From IMG/VR virus record IMGVR_UViG_3300017963_000201, positions 64,001 to 128,000 of that record: a DNA stretch of 64,000 nucleotides; one strand, given 5' to 3'. Positions 58,701 through 64,000 of this stretch are shown in pieces. Numbering within the stretch: the first letter of the stretch is position 1; each line of letters begins with the position of its first letter. The notes under the pieces are model-generated. The model had not been told where the DNA came from. It made no database searches and was given only the letters and a program-made list of their open reading frames with translations. Source of the stretch: a virus. The position numbers and the translations under genes are program-made.

Positions 58701-60267
58701 ACTTTCCTTAGTGTTTGTATCACAGACTCTATTACATTATCTGTGGCTAACCAAAAATTACTTAATAACTTATCACAGACAGATCTTAATGAGTTACGTG
58801 GGTACAATTGTTTAAATAGACCATCCGCAGCCATCTTTTTATCAAGGGACTTCATCTTCGTCCCTCACAATATGCTTTTTCCCACAGACCCAACCCTCAT
58901 CATAATCTACAGGTTCACCCGGATCGACCATAACCGCACTGCTAGAAACGTCTGACCAATTCATATTACCTTCGGCCCACTCTTTAATCTCATCCTTATT
59001 AGATTCAAATAGCTCCGTAGTTTCTTTCAGAGCTTTATCAAAACTTATATTATCCCTCTCGGCGTAATACTCTGCTCTGTCATTCGCAATAACTTCAACA
59101 GGAATCTTCCAGGTTGATCCATCCAACATCTTTACGTGCAAATACCAATTTTTCATAGCCGCTCCTCGATTTCGTTTAATACACGCTTTAGCTTTCCTGC
59201 CAAAGCCTCCAAACCTTCCTTGCATGCCTTATCAGGATCCCTCCCACTTAGTTTATAGGAATCCACATTCAAACCTTTAACATGCATCCATAAACCATCA
59301 TAATCCTCATCTATAGTAAAATATACCCTACCCAGATTAATATTCACCACGGTCTTATCTGCCAAAAACTCACTACAATTCTTATTCCCCATAGTCTTTC
59401 CTTTAAGGCACTCAGTATAGCCACCTGGATCGTCTTTTCCTAATGCATCGTAATAAAGAAAGCGACATTTACAGCAAGGCTCTAGAGTATTCATTGTATA
59501 TGACCTGTACCTAATCTTTCAATAATAAGTGCATCGGGAAATACTTTACTTACTTCCTGAGCATCCTTACAGATGATATAAATTATACCCAGGTCAGCTT
59601 TTACGTACTTATCATTAATAACCACGGTATCATGCAACACATTGGTGCATTCCAATTTTACCCTATAACAGTAAACCATTATACGTCCTTTTTCTTACCA
59701 AACCCGGTACGTTCTGCTAAAATTGCAATCCCATCCTTATACGAATCGTCTCTCCAGCCCAGAATCTCTCTTAGGCACTTCAAAGCAAAGCTATCCTTAC
59801 CAAACCCTGCCTGAACCGCAAGGAATGATTCTCTGAGCCTCTGAACGGCCCCTGCCGCGCATTCTACCGCTTGTAGCATCTGGGATTGCTCCCATGCTTC
59901 CCAGTGCTCTACTCTTTTAGTGGCTTCAGATGGGGGATTATTAATATTATAATACTTAGCAAAAACTGACGCCCAAACCAATTGTTCTCCGAGTGTCATA
60001 GCCCAATCAACCTATCCTCATCCCACGTAGGGATTCAGTTTCGTATTTGTTTCTTTCAGCAAGCTTACAAGCCAAACATCTTAAAAGCCAACTATCCTTC
60101 TCTTCTAACGCTATGGGTTGTCCTCGGTTATCTTTAGCATGGAATATCTGGCAGTAGTAAAGAGTACCGAATTTGTTAGTTCTTAGAAAAACACAAAACT
60201 TACCTGGTTCACTCGCGCAGGTATTTTCACCGCAATTTATCTCCAGCCTTATAATTTTCACACTCAT
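55744..60267 (-). other. Run of small, tightly packed hypothetical phage genes
   Basis: About 13 coupled ORFs of 60-290 aa with no motif I recognise. Confidence 0.6.
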
Positions 60268-60562
60268 GGATCATGCCATCCTCTTCTTGTAATCTCCAAT
60301 TAGGCTTTCCTCTACTACCAAGATTATACCAAGACAAACCCCCCTTCCCACAGTACTTACACTTTAGTGTACCTTCGTATCCTCAATCATGCCATTATCA
60401 TTTACCCAATCGGCCATATCTCCCATGGCATTCTCCTTAGCTTTTCTACGTGCTCTTTTCTTACTAACATTATACTGCAAGCAAATCCCGCATTCATTGT
60501 GGGGGTGTATCTTATGAGTTCATTTTTCTAATCCGTAGGTTTTCATGGCATACCAATAAAAA

Positions 60563-60622
60563 GTGGGGAGCGCTTCTTTAGGTCAACATAGGGGGTAGTT
60601 AACTTTTCCGGTCGCTCCCCAC
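60563..60622 (-). terminator. Large-loop hairpin with T run
   Basis: GTGGGGAGCG ... CGCTCCCCAC then TTTTT on the minus strand. Confidence 0.45.
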
Positions 60623-62172
60623 CCAATCTTGTAACAGATTTGGCAGGTTCAAAACTATTACAAAATATTCGCAATGTGTCAGAGTCAATCCAAGGGGGAC
60701 TCCTTTCTTTGCGCCTGCTAGTTAATATGCAAATAGGGTTCTCATAGATATTATCTCTTGGGGGTTCAGTTAACTATATTAAAAGTATTAATAACAGCAT
60801 CGGTAATTAAATAACAAATTGGCTCCATCGAACCTAGCTTACCCTTTTCCCACTGGGAACTACGTGCAGGAACATACCAATTATTAAGATAAGGATGATA
60901 GAATGGTCGCGCCACAATTAAATGAATGCACGTAATCTTTGATACCCTAACCATTAGAATAACCCCAGGCTTCGGTATAAATTCTGTCTCTATATATTAA
61001 GAACATTAAAATGTAAGGTTAGCTCAAGCATTCGGCCCTTTCAAAACCTTCCACGCTTTAAGTAATCTCGAAACCATAGGTGGGGTATCAGGAAGCAATA
61101 CCCACCTACCATCTTGAAAATCAATCGTTGTCTCGGCAATGATGGCTAATAATTGTGGGGGACAGTTATGAGCAAGCTCTTCTAATGTGTTTGCCTTATC
61201 TTGGTACTCTTGTGCTTTCTCTCTGTACTCTCGGGCAAGATTTAGGATTTGCTCAATCTGTGTTGGTTGTTGTTCTTCTTCTTTGGTCTTTTCTTCTGTC
61301 TCCAAGTCTTTCCCATTCATCGAGCTTGCTCCTTATCTTTTCCTTAGCTTCTTTAGTTTTTGTCGTCACTGTGTCTACTAGCATTATACCACTCATTACC
61401 TTATCAAACAGTGCCTCATGAATTCTTAATCTTTCCCCTATAAGATAAAGATGGTCAGCAACGATCTCTAGCTTATTCTCGTCCTCTTCCAAGGCCCCAT
61501 CGTAACGATCCTGTAGCCTATCCAGGATAACATCAAAGGACTCTCGGAGCTTGTGCATACTTGAGCGCCAATCATTATAGACCTGCGTCTCAAACCACTT
61601 TTGGTATTGTTTAAAATGCACATGGAAAAGAGATTTGATCAAAAGCATAACTAGGAGCATCCATACGGCTGAAACCACAAGTACCATCTTGAACAAGGGC
61701 AGTAACCCAATAGTGACTTGTTGGCCTGTAATGTAATAGTAGTCTTGTGGATTCATACCTAATATTATATCTAGGTTTTACTATCTTATTAAATTATTAT
61801 CCCTAACCGCCTTCCGACTAACTCAATAATAGCTTGATCTACTTCTTTAGCATATCTCAATGCCTCTTGTTGGCTTTCCAAATCTTTCAAGAAATACCCA
61901 GACCGCCCAGAATTAGGCGAGGGCATTAATTCAACCAACCAAGGCTTATCTAAATTACTCATAGGAATGTCATAGCGTACTTGAACAAACACAAGATTAT
62001 TTTTATCTATTGGTTTCATTACCCATGTGTCTTTGTATAGGCACAGCGTAAGCATTGGAAAAGCTAACACCAGGAAGATTAAGAACCATACCCAAGACTT
62101 TTACTAGGTATGATCCTAATGCGGCATACATGGTATCATAAACCCCAACCTTACAATACGCTCTACCCCAAA

Positions 62173-62529
62173 CTATTTCTCGCATTCTATACCCCATGCC
62201 TCACAGAGTTTTCTGATTACTACCTCAAGCTTGACTACCTTATCATAGGTTGCTTCTTGTAGGTCTCGTTCATAGTCTAGCATTTGATTAGCTACCCTAT
62301 CCCAGGCTTCATCCTTGGTAGCTTGATCTCTTTCCTTTATTCTTTGGAAGTACCTAGCACATGCTGCCCCGGTTACGATAACATCAGGTAAAAGTTTTCC
62401 GGCTACCGCGTCCCACCAATTCTTTTTCGAGTAACCTTGATTAGTATAGTGCTCCATAAGAGGCATACACTCTTCAATAGCTTTGATTAATCTTTGCTCA
62501 TCCTCTTCTGTCCACTTATGACTCTTCAT
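62173..62529 (-). CDS. Myb/SANT-like (RsfA-like) DNA-binding protein
   Basis: KWTEEDEQRL...WDAVA..L...TGAAC..YF. Confidence 0.5.
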   Translation of the reverse strand: MKSHKWTEEDEQRLIKAIEECMPLMEHYTNQGYSKKNWWDAVAGKLLPDVIVTGAACARYFQRIKERDQATKDEAWDRVANQMLDYERDLQEATYDKVVKLEVVIRKLCEAWGIECEK

Positions 62530-64000
62530 TGGTCATACCCCACTGGTACATGGCTCTTTTAATTAACTTATCTTTCTCTTCTACGGTTTTTTTATCAAGT
62601 ACCGCTTCTAGAATTGTCTTTACGGATTCTTTAAGAGATTTAATCTTAAGATCATTTTCGTTGTGTGTCGCATCCGCAAGCATGGCAATACTTATAGGGA
62701 TGGCCCTCATATATGTCGCTGGGTGATCCAGAAGCATATCTCTTATTGACCTTTCATACTTGTCCATTACGACTCTTTCCTATATTTAGTAAGCGGTAAT
62801 TACCTACCCTCCAGTGATCCAACCAAAGAACCTTTTTCTTGCACCCATTACAAATTAACCAAGTACCTTGTTTATCTCTATAGATTGACATTTACATATG
62901 CCCCCTCGTAGCTTTCCTTGGATATCTACTGCCCAGGTATTGGTAAGAGTCTGAAGTAAAGGTATCCTCGGAATAATGCGTGTAGCTTCATCCATGGAAT
63001 CATACAGAAAACAAGAATACTCATCAATTCTCTCTATTAAACTTTTCATTCCTCAAACTCAACTCTATTGTCATGCCCACCTTACTAAAACTAGCTAATA
63101 GGTACTGAGGATTCATAAAGCACTCTAATATCAGTAATCTTTTGTAAATATTGCCCACCTCGTCTGGTATCGTAATCTTTTTCAAACAATAACTCCTACA
63201 TCAATGGGTAATTTAGGTTGTAATAAAGAATCCACCATCCTTGATTGTTTAAAACATAGACAGGTAACCAAGCAGGTTTCATTTAGCTATATCCTTTCGG
63301 AGTCTTTGATCTATTAGTAACCTACCCAAAAGCATATTATCTTTATTTAGTGACTCAATACCCTTGGGTGAACAATAACGATCTTTCATAAGATTTAACT
63401 GTACAAGAAGTAATCTGTGATTAATTGCTATCATTCTCTAAACTCTTATCCACTTCAATTCTAAATTTGGCATACCATCTACCATCACTAGTTGGTTGCA
63501 AAGGTACTATAGGTTTAATCGAAAAAAGAAATCCGTACTTTTCAATAACCCACTTCCTTAAGTTATCCAATGCCTCTATTCTATCGCTTCCTCGTACTTT
63601 GACTTCAAGCTCTTCCAAAGGGATTCTCCCATTATATGTTGATTTACACGCCACAAAAAATGGGGATAACAGTAGCCTTTACCCATGAGGACACGAAAAT
63701 ATAATTTGCTTATATATATATATTATTTAATTTCTTCATTTTTGTTCCACGTGGAACATTGATCCACTTCCTCAACACTTATCTTGACTTCTTCACGACT
63801 AATAATTAACTCACACATGTATTTCTCTGTCCCATTGCTCTCTGAAACTATCTTTGCCCCTATAACTTCTGGCTTTACATTAAATGTTAATCTTTTTTTA
63901 TCATCCCCTGTGGCATCTTGCAACATTATAGATGTCAAAAATGGAACATTAACTATTAAGTTTTGATCCATTTCCTCTAGGATATAAATTAATTCTTTGA

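Noticed and set aside
60700-60720. c-di-GMP-I riboswitch from GGCGCAAAG on the minus strand
   Set aside because: The upstream GCAAACC/GAAA tetraloop stem of the family is absent

Overview
AT-rich segment of a large contractile-tailed (myovirus-like) dsDNA phage genome, probably from a bacterial host; no database searches were run, so family calls rest on recognisable motifs and synteny. The minus strand carries a morphogenesis module: terminase large subunit, a ~12-kb cluster of acidic ORFs sharing a basic '(R/K)-rich...AQ' tag, portal, prohead protease, scaffold, decoration protein, major capsid protein, a protamine-like protein, neck and head-closure proteins, sheath, tube, frameshifting tail chaperones and the start of the tape measure gene. 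A ~19-kb plus-strand accessory block (5.4-24.0 kb) splits this module. The most striking part is a non-coding cluster at 11.4-13.1 kb next to a Ro60/TROVE gene. It holds four Y-RNA-like elements with a shared AAUGC / AA(U/C)(A/C)CUUG internal-loop stem. Three of them enclose circularly permuted tRNAs that keep their anticodon arm and are broken at three different positions. The cluster also holds three normal tRNAs and several stem-plus-large-loop hairpin cassettes. A further permuted tRNA-like RNA follows the gene downstream of Ro60, and RNA end-processing enzymes (RlaP-like, HAD phosphatase, RNase AS-like, CYTH, cyclic-phosphate receiver) lie elsewhere in the window. Other observations: four tandem promoter-sRNA-terminator units (23.6-24.0 kb), a consensus sigma54 promoter, a candidate late-promoter motif, and several accessory genes broken by in-frame stops or frameshifts.
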